DNA of 61,131 bases. Source: an uncultured Candidatus Saccharibacteria bacterium (GTDB lineage Bacteria; Patescibacteriota; UBA1384; CAILIB01; JAUSJZ01). Each line of letters starts with the position of its first letter. Within the stretch, counting starts at the first letter, position 1. A program made the position numbers and the translations under genes. The notes under the pieces were generated by a model that was not told where the DNA came from, made no database searches, and saw only the letters and a program-made list of their open reading frames with translations. The DNA lies in NCBI GenBank assembly GCA_964421635.1, contig CAYQWZ010000007.1, positions 1 through 61,131 on the forward strand, written 5' to 3'. This document shows, in pieces, positions 9,463 to 17,150 of this stretch.

Positions 9463-10009
9463 CTACTGTCCACCTAACTGGCCAAGAGGCTGCAACCTGC
9501 CAATGATTTTTATAAACACCAGCCGAAGCTTCAGTCTGCATGACGAGGGCTCCATACTCACCTGAAGGTCTAATTGACCAGTGCCAAATTCGCGTACCTG
9601 CTGGATCCCAATTTGTATCCCAACCTGTTGAATTTGCACATCCAGGAGTTGTAACATAATCATAATCAAAATCATCTCTCCACGGCTCAAATACACTTCT
9701 CCAGTCAGTCGCCCTCCAGCGTTCTGTGATCCCCTTTCCATTAGATAGCGTTCCTTTAACTTGCCATTCAGCTGGACCCAAACATACCAAACTTGACCAT
9801 CGACCTGCTGGAGTAGACATCAAACGTACATGTCGATAATATTCCTGTCTTTGAAAAGCACCAGAATCTGAATAAACCAGCCTGTTTGCATCCCAGGTCA
9901 ATGAATAATGATCAGCTGCAACCGCTGAAGAAGCAACCATTATTATGGAAATCGCAAAAAACAGGACGGATATTAAATTAATAACTATTAACACTCTCTT
10001 TGACTTCAT
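9410..10009 (-). CDS. secreted hypothetical protein (Trp-rich)
   Basis: N-terminal signal/anchor (VLIVINLISVLFFAISIIMVASSAVA); no motif recognised. Confidence 0.5.
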   Translation of the reverse strand: MKSKRVLIVINLISVLFFAISIIMVASSAVAADHYSLTWDANRLVYSDSGAFQRQEYYRHVRLMSTPAGRWSSLVCLGPAEWQVKGTLSNGKGITERWRATDWRSVFEPWRDDFDYDYVTTPGCANSTGWDTNWDPAGTRIWHWSIRPSGEYGALVMQTEASAGVYKNHWQVAASWPVRWTVVGCVYENSESECPFETR

Positions 10010-10087
10010 CTATCAAATTGTATCATAAAAAAAGTCGCCCTGCCGATAATGTCTACCGGCAAGGCTGAGCCCTTCTTGAAACCGACC

Positions 10088-10552
10088 TCACAGCTGCACA
10101 ACCTGGTTGACTGCGTTCTGGCCAGATACGACGACGGCGGTCAGGTACCAGCTGAAGACCTGCCCTTCCGGCTCCGTCGCTCCAACCTCGATCCAGGAGA
10201 TGAGTACATCCAGGCGGTAGTTGCCTCCTGGAAGTTCGCTCATTGTGAACCGAAGCTCGTTGTTTTCCTGGTCGAAAACGGGTTCGACTTCACGGCGGTA
10301 CTCAATGAAGTAATCACCGTTGGATCCCTGGAGAACAGCCGTTGCCACCACACCATCAGTGTGGATAGCTTCCGCGTTCAGCGCGGTAACATCAAGTACC
10401 ACGCATAGAACAGCATCGAACGGACCAACGCCGTCCGTTGTGCCACCATCCGCGGTCGTTCCACCAGCACCCTCAGCGAGTGGTCCGCTACCCCCACTAC
10501 CACAGGCCACCAGCGCGAACGCCGCCAACAGAGCCATCACGAAGATAGCCAT
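10088..10552 (-). CDS. GC-rich lipoprotein, hypothetical
   Basis: MAIFVMALLAAFALVACGSGG signal peptide and lipobox when started at ATG 10552; the track ORF extends to 10591. Strongly GC-rich. Confidence 0.5.
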   Translation of the reverse strand: MAIFVMALLAAFALVACGSGGSGPLAEGAGGTTADGGTTDGVGPFDAVLCVVLDVTALNAEAIHTDGVVATAVLQGSNGDYFIEYRREVEPVFDQENNELRFTMSELPGGNYRLDVLISWIEVGATEPEGQVFSWYLTAVVVSGQNAVNQVVQL

Positions 10553-10656
10553 CCGCGTATAAGCTCGCTGCACCACCATCTCCCACCCCATGGATTGGGG
10601 CTTCCTAACTTGCAGACTATACTATTTTACAGATTAGTACAACCCCTTTAAGGCTA

Positions 10657-11436
10657 TTACCTTTGATGGGTTTTTCTCTTCTCCCCCGCCTCTTTAACTA
10701 AATCTTCATACTCTTCATTATTCGTATCTAACTTCAAAGCACGCTTATAAGAGCTCTCGGCCTTAACAAACTGACGCAAAGACATATAGGCTAACCCCAA
10801 ATTAATATGCCGCGAGGCAATTGAGTTATCCACAGAGACGGCTTTTTCAAACTCCTTGCGGGCCGCCGAAAATTTGTCTTGATAGTACATTACTAATCCT
10901 AAATTATTATGTACAAAACCATTATTCTTGTCGTATTTTAGAGCTTGACGAAAGGATTTTTCAGCATCTTCCCAATTTTCCCCTTGCTCTAAATAAAGGA
11001 TGCCAATTTTTGAATACACCTTAGGATCTTTTGGCTCTAGCGTAGCGGCTTTTAATAAATGTTTTTCAGCTATATCGTAGCTGCCTTTCCGTTGAGCCAT
11101 TTCAGCTTTTAATAATAAATTGTCAAACTCAGACGATTCTTCAGATACAGAGTAATCATCACCAGTAAGAGGGATTTCTTTTTTCTTACCATTCAAACCA
11201 AAGACGGATACTACTGATTCATATACTTTAGTTACTGAAGTGACGACCAACTGCCAGATATTCACCTTATCTTTTTTTCCCCGCCCATCTCGTTTAGGTT
11301 TTTGTTCGCTCTCTTCTTGCGGTTTTCGAGCATTGAGCTGTTGAAATTTTGTAGCCTCTAGGGTTTCTGGCCAGTGTTTTAGTAAAATATAAAGCAATAT
11401 TGCCAGTACGACTATAATTATTATTTCTGGAATCAT
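10657..11436 (-). CDS. membrane-anchored TPR-repeat protein
   Basis: N-terminal TM, K/E-rich linker, then several 34-aa TPR-like repeats (A..Y...G......A...F..AL..D). Confidence 0.6.
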   Translation of the reverse strand: MIPEIIIIVVLAILLYILLKHWPETLEATKFQQLNARKPQEESEQKPKRDGRGKKDKVNIWQLVVTSVTKVYESVVSVFGLNGKKKEIPLTGDDYSVSEESSEFDNLLLKAEMAQRKGSYDIAEKHLLKAATLEPKDPKVYSKIGILYLEQGENWEDAEKSFRQALKYDKNNGFVHNNLGLVMYYQDKFSAARKEFEKAVSVDNSIASRHINLGLAYMSLRQFVKAESSYKRALKLDTNNEEYEDLVKEAGEKRKTHQR

Positions 11437-12095
11437 GGCTGCAATAAAATACTTTCAACTAATAATTTAATGTTTCTCCCACTCAAGTTTGTAGTTAAGG
11501 ATTTCTGAATTAGTCGTGCTCGAGCTACGCTCCCCTTTCCCTGCCGAATCAACGCTCGCTCTCGCACCAGAAGCTGCATTAAAGGTTTTTTTATATCCTT
11601 CTTACTACTAATTTCTTGGGCTACTTTTATAATACCAGAACTATCATTAGGTATCTGCAAAAGATCAACAGCAGAACCACTCTCTTTTATAGAAAAGATC
11701 TGTAAACGGGAACGGACTGTCGGTAAAAATGAATCGCTCTCGGCTAATAGTAGTAAAAAAGAATTAGGCGGCGGCTCTTCAAGCGTTTTTAATAAGGAAT
11801 TGGCAGAATCATTGCGTAACAAATTAGCTTGCCAAATTACGCCGAGCCGCCGCCCTGAACGCGAAGAATTGTACAAACTCCGTAACCACCGTTTCGTTTC
11901 TTTAATAGGAATATAATTTTTATCTGGCAGTGGTTCTAATAAGTTAATGTCAAATCTGTCTACTCCCATTAATGAACGGATCTCTTCAATGGTGCGAGCG
12001 AAATTCTCTTTATCGGCAATTATACCAATAGAAGTAGCGAGCACATTGGCCTGCTTTGCCTGTTTGAGACGAGTTATCAGATCATTGATATTCAT
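11433..12095 (-). CDS. holB: DNA polymerase III delta' subunit-like
   Basis: SANSLLKTLEEPPPNSFLLLLAE clamp-loader motif; short form; 4-nt overlap with the downstream gene. Confidence 0.65.
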   Translation of the reverse strand: MNINDLITRLKQAKQANVLATSIGIIADKENFARTIEEIRSLMGVDRFDINLLEPLPDKNYIPIKETKRWLRSLYNSSRSGRRLGVIWQANLLRNDSANSLLKTLEEPPPNSFLLLLAESDSFLPTVRSRLQIFSIKESGSAVDLLQIPNDSSGIIKVAQEISSKKDIKKPLMQLLVRERALIRQGKGSVARARLIQKSLTTNLSGRNIKLLVESILLQP

Positions 12096-12140
12096 GTCTC
12101 TATTGTACTAAAAACTGAATCTTCAAGCTTTTTTGCTACC

Positions 12141-12572
12141 ATGAAATTAATGAGCAATCGGGAGAATCAACAAGAGAGAAACTATAAAGATGTAGATTTA
12201 ATCTGCAAAGAGTGTGGAGAGTCATTTAAGTTTAGTGCTAAAGAACAGGCTTTTTATGTTAAACAAGGATTCGAACATGTACCAACCCGTTGTGATAAAT
12301 GCCGCCGAGATATGAGAGAGAAAAGAGATAAGGGAAAGACTTTTTTTCCTATTAAATGCAAAATCACTGGCAAAGTTGGTCGTATTCCAATTGAGCCAGA
12401 CAATATCAATGATGTTTATTCAGATGAAGCCTTTACACAGGAATTTGCTGCCAAAGGTCGCGAAGTTGATCCCTTAAAAGAGCCCGATAAAACAGAACTA
12501 CTAGCCGAAATAGAAAAAGCTAAAGCTCAAAAAACAGACGACAAAAAAGAGGATTCATTTAAACCCACCTAA
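12141..12572 (+). CDS. zinc-ribbon domain protein
   Basis: CKECGESFKFSAKEQAFYVKQGFEHVPTRCDKCRR, a CxxC...CxxC ribbon of the 'probable zinc-ribbon' type. Confidence 0.55.
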   Translation: MKLMSNRENQQERNYKDVDLICKECGESFKFSAKEQAFYVKQGFEHVPTRCDKCRRDMREKRDKGKTFFPIKCKITGKVGRIPIEPDNINDVYSDEAFTQEFAAKGREVDPLKEPDKTELLAEIEKAKAQKTDDKKEDSFKPT

Positions 12573-12584
12573 TGACCAAACGGT

Positions 12585-12806
12585 TTAAGCGGCTTTTTTT
12601 GTTTCCTCTTTTTTATTCTGTGCAGTAACAACTTTTGTCGCTTCGCTCTTTACTTTCTTTCGAAGTGTTCGCAAACAACGAGTACACAAAACCAATCCTC
12701 CAACCTTTTGAAGATTAGGTTTCATTTTGCGTCTGGTTCTTTGTAAGGAACGAGAAAGCTTGTTGCCAAACTTAGTTGTTGTTCCACATACTGTGCAATG
12801 TGCCAT
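12585..12806 (-). CDS. rpmB: ribosomal protein L28 with K-rich C-terminal tail
   Basis: MAHCTVCGTTTKFGNKLSRSLQRTRRKMKPNLQKV matches the L28 N-terminal pattern. Confidence 0.85.
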   Translation of the reverse strand: MAHCTVCGTTTKFGNKLSRSLQRTRRKMKPNLQKVGGLVLCTRCLRTLRKKVKSEATKVVTAQNKKEETKKAA

Positions 12807-12847
12807 ACAGTGTATGATACTATCAGGTTAATAAATAATTGTAAAGT

Positions 12848-13489
12848 ATGTCTTCACCCATTATAGAATGGATTCAATCTTTTGGGCTAGTCATGACTGT
12901 GGCAATTCTTTTGTTACTTGTTCTTGCCATTACTATTCACGAATGGGCGCACGCCGCCATGGCTAATCGTCTTGGTGATGACACTCCCAGACTAATGGGT
13001 CGACTGACCTTTGACCCTCGCTCTCATGTCGACCCAATTGGCGGACTTTTATTCCTGTTCTTCGGGTTTGGTTGGGGCCGGCCGGTTGTCTATAATCCTT
13101 TACGCTTAGAAAAACGAGTTTACGAATTATTCATTGCTTTAGCCGGCCCCATTGTAAACTTAATAGCTGCCCTTGTCTTCAACGGCCTCTTTTATTTATT
13201 AGGCAGCTTCGGTGGTGGCTCAGATCAAATTCAAATTATTCAGGTCTTTATGTACTTTGGCGCTCAAATGAATATCTGGCTAGCAGCATTTAATTTAATT
13301 CCTATTCCCCCACTAGATGGGTCAAATATTATCTCTTATTTCTTTCCTAAATATAAATCTGTCTTCGCTGGACAGCTAGGAATTTTTATTATCTTAATCT
13401 TGCTTTTCGGAACCGGAGGATTTCTATTCACACTGCTTAATCCTTTAATTAATTTTTTCAGCACTATTACCTTTTTCCCGACCCTTTAG
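12848..13489 (+). CDS. site-2 protease (peptidase M50) family membrane protein
   Basis: HEWAHA (HExxH) in TM1 and NLIPIPPLDGS (NxxPxxxLDG). Confidence 0.7.
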   Translation: MSSPIIEWIQSFGLVMTVAILLLLVLAITIHEWAHAAMANRLGDDTPRLMGRLTFDPRSHVDPIGGLLFLFFGFGWGRPVVYNPLRLEKRVYELFIALAGPIVNLIAALVFNGLFYLLGSFGGGSDQIQIIQVFMYFGAQMNIWLAAFNLIPIPPLDGSNIISYFFPKYKSVFAGQLGIFIILILLFGTGGFLFTLLNPLINFFSTITFFPTL

Positions 13490-13570
13490 GCCAGCCACTA
13501 AATTTTAGCGCTTGACAAAGCACAAGCACTAGTGTAGCTTGTTTTAAGTGCGAACGAAAAGTTCTCACGC

Positions 13571-13644
13571 GCTGGTGTAGCTCAGTCAGGTAGAGCAGCG
13601 GACCGAAAATCCGTGAGTCGTGGGTTCAATTCCCGTCACCAGCA
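13571..13644 (+). tRNA. tRNA-Phe (GAA)
   Basis: Hand-folded cloverleaf: acceptor GCTGGTG/CACCAGC, D stem GCTC/GAGC, anticodon stem GCGGA/TCCGT, loop CCGAAAA, T arm GTGGG-TTCAATT-CCCGT, discriminator A. CCA is not encoded. TTGACA at 13512-13517 lies upstream. Confidence 0.85.
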
Positions 13645-13645
13645 T

Positions 13646-13850
13646 GAGAGAGGGTCATGACCGCAGAGGGTGTAGTACAGGGCACTGTTTCACCGGCAGA
13701 TAAAAGCCCAGACTGCATGACAATAATCAGCTCCTCTTGTCCTCCGTCCCGGCACCGCTGATTATTGAGGTTAAAGTCCTCACCTCTCTCCTTAACCCGC
13801 AGGTCCTTCCCGGGTCTGCAAACTGCCTGGTTCGCTAGGCAGCAGCTGCA
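13646..13850 (+). ncRNA. candidate structured RNA of unknown class, co-transcribed with tRNA-Phe
   Basis: Nested complementary pairs: 13646-53 gagagagg / 13783-90 cctctctc; 13655-60 gtcatg / 13715-20 catgac; 13722-31 aataatcagc / 13757-66 gctgattatt. Local hairpin gagg-ttaaagt-cctc. GC-rich, with no RBS or plausible ORF. Confidence 0.35.
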
Positions 13851-13852
13851 CA

Positions 13853-13883
13853 CCGCCGCCCTTCGGGGCGGCGGTCTTTTTTA
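13853..13883 (+). terminator. intrinsic terminator
   Basis: ccgccgccc-ttcg-gggcggcgg stem followed by TCTTTTTT. Confidence 0.8.
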
Positions 13884-13891
13884 AGAAATAA

Positions 13892-14521
13892 TTAGAACAA
13901 ATATTTGACCGCGTAAAAACCAGCGATAATTAAGATAAACAAAACGATAGATAAAATGTTGAAGTAGCGCTCAATAAAATCTGCTACTTTCTTACCAAAA
14001 ATTCTGAGTAATCCGGCGACAATAAAGAACCGACCAAAACGACCAACTGCCGACGCGGCTAGCATTATTAAAACATTAACCTTAAATAATCCTGCCGAGA
14101 TAGTAATCACCTTGTACGGAATAGGAGTAAAGGCCGCTCCAAAAACCGCCAAAAAAGCGTTCTCATTATATTTAATGCCAATACTATTTACCGCATCTTG
14201 TAAATTATAAAACTCAACTAATGGTTGGCCAACAGATTTATACAGACCGTATCCTATGTAATAACCAGCAATTGCTCCGGTTAATGAGCCAAAAGTGGTA
14301 ACCAAAGTATAAAACCACCAACGATTCGGCCTAGAAACCGTCATGGCAATTAACAGAACATCTGGCGGAATAGGAAAGCATGAGCTCTCTGCAAAAGATA
14401 GCGCCAGCAACGCCCACACTGCTTGAGGAGTTTTTGACCAATTTAGTGTCCAATTATAGAGCCGTTTAAACCAGCCTATCCGAGCTTTTTCCACTTTAAT
14501 TGGCATTTCTTTTTTTAGCAC
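13892..14521 (-). CDS. YqaA/DedA (VTT domain) family membrane protein
   Basis: FAESSCFPIPPDVLLIAM motif and multiple TM helices. Confidence 0.7.
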   Translation of the reverse strand: MLKKEMPIKVEKARIGWFKRLYNWTLNWSKTPQAVWALLALSFAESSCFPIPPDVLLIAMTVSRPNRWWFYTLVTTFGSLTGAIAGYYIGYGLYKSVGQPLVEFYNLQDAVNSIGIKYNENAFLAVFGAAFTPIPYKVITISAGLFKVNVLIMLAASAVGRFGRFFIVAGLLRIFGKKVADFIERYFNILSIVLFILIIAGFYAVKYLF

Positions 14522-14552
14522 AATACTAGTATAGGTGAAAGATTACTTTTGC

Positions 14553-14586
14553 CAAAGAAAACAGGCTCCCCACGAGGGGAGCCTGT
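14553..14586 (-). terminator. intrinsic terminator of the ssrA-like transcript
   Basis: Minus strand ACAGGCTCCCC-TCGT-GGGGAGCCTGT followed by TTTTCTTT. Confidence 0.75.
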
Positions 14587-14716
14587 CGTGGCGCTAGACG
14601 CAGCGGTTCTGCATCCAGTTGCTCAGGCTTTTAACCCGAGTCTATTCCGATGCCGCGGGTGGAACGACATCGGAACTTGGTTTCGTTTGGAGCCCCCTTT
14701 GCGAAGGCGCTATAGA

Positions 14717-14812
14717 TGGAGGTGGCGGCCTGCCTGCCGGCAGGCAGGGAATTGAACCCGCGTCCGAAAGCATGTGAGTTGAGAATCACTTTCGTCGACA
14801 CCATACACCCCC
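14717..14812 (-). ncRNA. tmRNA-like tRNA-like domain (TLD) only, interrupted by a 20-nt palindrome
   Basis: Minus strand reads GGGGGTG-TATGGTGTCGAC-GAAAG...CTTTC-GGAC-GCGGG-TTCAATT-C[insert]CCGC-CACCTCC-A. It has G3:U70, A73, and the tmRNA-type D-loop analogue and T arm. There is no pseudoknot or tag region between the P2a strands. Confidence 0.6.
14729..14748. repeat. 20-nt perfect palindrome CCTGCCTGCCGGCAGGCAGG, copy 1 (in the T stem of the ssrA-like gene)
   Basis: Identical to 57647-57666. Deleting exactly these 20 nt restores GCGGG-TTCAATT-CCCGC. Confidence 0.9.
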
Positions 14813-14826
14813 CTTATGACTCCTTC

Positions 14827-14854
14827 AAAATAGCAGATTGAGCCAATTTGTCAA
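14827..14854 (-). promoter_or_regulatory. sigma70-like promoter of the ssrA-like gene
   Basis: Minus strand TTGACA-16 nt-TATTTT, ending about 14 nt upstream of the GGGGGTG 5' end. Confidence 0.45.
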
Positions 14855-14892
14855 CTATTAGAGGCCGACAAGAAGCAACTATGCAATCCTTA

Positions 14893-15144
14893 CTAATTCG
14901 GCAAATGTTGCTGATACTCCGCTGGCACCTGCGCCTTCTGCTCATCCGTTAAATTAATCCGAGAGGTCGGAATTAGATTCTGAATGTAATTCGACATCTC
15001 CCCCGTCTTATACGCCTGATACAGCTGCCAAGTAACAAACAACGATAAAATTCCAATAATCAGCCACACAATATGCGAAACTAATCTGACACTTTTAATT
15101 GCCTTATCTAAGAAGGATTCATACACCACTGGTTCTTGAGCCAT
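14893..15144 (-). CDS. small membrane protein
   Basis: 83 aa with one central TM helix (VWLIIGILSLFVTWQLY). Confidence 0.4.
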   Translation of the reverse strand: MAQEPVVYESFLDKAIKSVRLVSHIVWLIIGILSLFVTWQLYQAYKTGEMSNYIQNLIPTSRINLTDEQKAQVPAEYQQHLPN

Positions 15145-15199
15145 AATATTTGGTTAGTTTTAATCCATTATATCTAATTTTCAAAGCTGGCTTTGAGCC

Positions 15200-15228
15200 T
15201 TGACAAAAACCCTAAAATGTGCTACACT
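15200..15228 (+). promoter_or_regulatory. sigma70-like promoter of GC-rich island
   Basis: TTGACA-17 nt-TACACT. Confidence 0.55.
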
Positions 15229-15310
15229 TGCGCCGAGAATTAAGGATTGTTTTTGACCCTCTGCCAGGTCTTATCCCCTTCATTTAATACAAATCAAAGG
15301 AGGATTGGCA

Positions 15311-15430
15311 ATGAGACCTGATAGAGGAGCAAAAGCTCCACAATCTTCCTCTCACCAGAGAGGAGTCAACCACATCCCTGTTGGGATGGCCGGCCTCGGC
15401 CGGTTACGATTCCTGGAGGAATCACCATGA
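15311..15430 (+). CDS. 39-aa leader ORF, translationally coupled (ATGA) to the next gene
   Basis: AAAGGAGG lies 7 nt upstream of the ATG. Its stop TGA overlaps the ATG of the 15427 ORF. Found by hand; too short for the ORF track. Confidence 0.3.
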   Translation: MRPDRGAKAPQSSSHQRGVNHIPVGMAGLGRLRFLEESP

Positions 15431-16122
15431 GCGACAAACTGTACAGTGAACGTTTCAGTATAGCGCTTATCATGGCTGCCCGTGCGGCTGAGGTAGTCGC
15501 TAGGCAACTGATCGCCGAGTTCCCCAGTTTCAAAGGGATCTGGAGTCTCCCCTACCAGGTAGACGAGATCGGCAACGAGCTGAACTTGCGGTTCAACGGT
15601 GCCAATTTCATTGGTTTGACCTGGTGGGAGTTCCGTTATCGCGGTTCGATCCGGGTGACCATCGGTATCGCTAACCTGATGATGCTTCCTCGATGGTCCG
15701 GGTACAACTCTCCGGGTCCATGCAAGAGAGCCGTTGTAGGGTTTAAGGTCCAGATCGCCGACCAGGCGGTCATCGACCTTGACGCTCAAGGGCTCTTCAG
15801 ACGGGTCGCTGGCATCTGGGACGGAAAGAGTATTCCGACAGTAGTTGATCCTGTCCTGTTCAAGGGAAACGTCTACGTCGTTCCCTCGTGGGCTTACGGC
15901 CCGCGCGTCAGGCTGGATACCGAGGACGAACTCGACCTGATGAAGGAAATCTGCGGAGTCGAAGCCTTCCCCTTCGACCGGCTCAGCGCTGAGTCGTTGT
16001 GGGAAGCGGCGAGGCAGGCGCGAGAGCGCTGCGTCGAGCGGCGCGCCGAGTGGGAGGCGGCCGAGACGGCAAGGCGAGCGCGCGGCTGGGGCGCTGATGT
16101 CGCCTTCGAAGAAGAGGAGTAA
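15427..16122 (+). CDS. hypothetical protein (GC-rich)
   Basis: 231-aa ORF with GGAGG upstream and an E/R/A-rich C-terminal tail; no motif recognised. Confidence 0.55.
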   Translation: MSDKLYSERFSIALIMAARAAEVVARQLIAEFPSFKGIWSLPYQVDEIGNELNLRFNGANFIGLTWWEFRYRGSIRVTIGIANLMMLPRWSGYNSPGPCKRAVVGFKVQIADQAVIDLDAQGLFRRVAGIWDGKSIPTVVDPVLFKGNVYVVPSWAYGPRVRLDTEDELDLMKEICGVEAFPFDRLSAESLWEAARQARERCVERRAEWEAAETARRARGWGADVAFEEEE

Positions 16123-16309
16123 TACAGGAGGTCCGGGCTCGGCCCGGATCTCCCATCCTACCTCGGTTGAACCACGAACTAATGGTCCAACTGAGATAGG
16201 GTGAATAGCCCAACCTTACGACGGATAGCGCGGGGTAGCTACCGCTTCTATCTGTCATTTGAACAACTAAACGGCCTGAGAAGGCCTGCCTGAGAAAGGC
16301 AACAAGATC

Positions 16310-16609
16310 ATGCTCACCTGTTTGGACGCATTGCGTGAGGGCGCCGATGTTCTCGGCGCCCCCAGCCCCATCAACGCCGAGGCGTGCGCCCGACTGGCCG
16401 AAAGGCTGGAAGAGGCGTTCGACCGAAAGCAGGTCATCATCGGTCGCATCGACGATGCCGACCACCTCGGCTCAGTCAAGCTGATCGACACGAACTGCGT
16501 CAACGTTGACGTGGTCAGAGTCGATAAGCAGGGCCGCGAGCAGGGCGGAGCCATGTCCATCGCGGCCCGCCTGTTCAGCATCAGCGCCACGGTGCCGGCC
16601 GCCGTCTAG
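16310..16609 (+). CDS. hypothetical protein (GC-rich)
   Basis: 99-aa ORF on the same strand as its neighbours, followed by a terminator; no motif. Confidence 0.4.
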   Translation: MLTCLDALREGADVLGAPSPINAEACARLAERLEEAFDRKQVIIGRIDDADHLGSVKLIDTNCVNVDVVRVDKQGREQGGAMSIAARLFSISATVPAAV

Positions 16610-16681
16610 GCGCGCCGGCTCGACGACCCAAAAGCACCAAGGAGGTGCCGAAATGTTGTAGCTAGACTACGACAACCAACG

Positions 16682-16709
16682 GACCCGCCGCCAGGCGGGT
16701 CTTTGTTTT
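16682..16709 (+). terminator. intrinsic terminator
   Basis: gacccgcc-gcca-ggcgggtc followed by TTTGTTTT. Confidence 0.75.
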
Positions 16710-16874
16710 AATAAAAAAGTTATCAACTTGACTTATATCCTTTTTCGTTATATACAGATTGGGAAGGGTGTGTTGATCGTCGTCCTGATACCTACTCGTC
16801 CGATAATACCGATCAGCACACTTAGTCACTCGATCCTCGAGAGGTAGCACCCGCACGCTGCCTCTCTTTTTTTA

Positions 16875-16903
16875 TTGACACTAACAATCCTTTCTGATAA
16901 ATT
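16875..16903 (+). promoter_or_regulatory. sigma70-like promoter
   Basis: TTGACA-17 nt-TAAATT. The track ORF 'start' at 16875 is the -35 box itself. Confidence 0.5.
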
Positions 16904-16937
16904 AGTCTTTGTCGTGCAAAAAAGGAAGGAGCGTGAT

Positions 16938-17150
16938 TTGAGCAACGAAACAGTATACGCGCGTCACACTCGTACAGGTGAAGGCTGGCTAGAGAAGGAT
17001 GGTCAGATGCATAGTTGTATTGACGGTCGACCAACAGGTAGATCGTTGAGACAGATGCAAGCTGACCCCAACATCGGCCGCCATCTGGAGGTCTGTGACC
17101 CACCCCCCAACACCCTCGAGCTCTTTTCAGAAGCGCTCGCTCGGGTCTGA
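16938..17150 (+). CDS. small hypothetical protein (GC-rich)
   Basis: In-frame TTG lies 7 nt after AAGGAAGGAG and downstream of the promoter; no motif. Confidence 0.35.
   Translation: MSNETVYARHTRTGEGWLEKDGQMHSCIDGRPTGRSLRQMQADPNIGRHLEVCDPPPNTLELFSEALARV

Noticed and set aside
13626-14755. ORFs 13626-13853 (-) and 14549-14755 (+) as protein genes.
   Set aside because: They overlay the tRNA-Phe trailer RNA and the ssrA-like locus and have no SD. Their products are Cys/Arg/Trp-rich improbable peptides. RNA structure explains the regions better.
14717-14812. The ssrA-like element as an ordinary tRNA-Ala or as a circularly permuted (two-piece) tmRNA gene.
   Set aside because: There is no D stem and no 5-bp/7-nt anticodon arm, so it is not a normal tRNA. 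In permuted ssrA genes the CCA-end piece precedes the GGGG 5' piece. Here the order is 5' end then 3' end, with a closed P2a hairpin.
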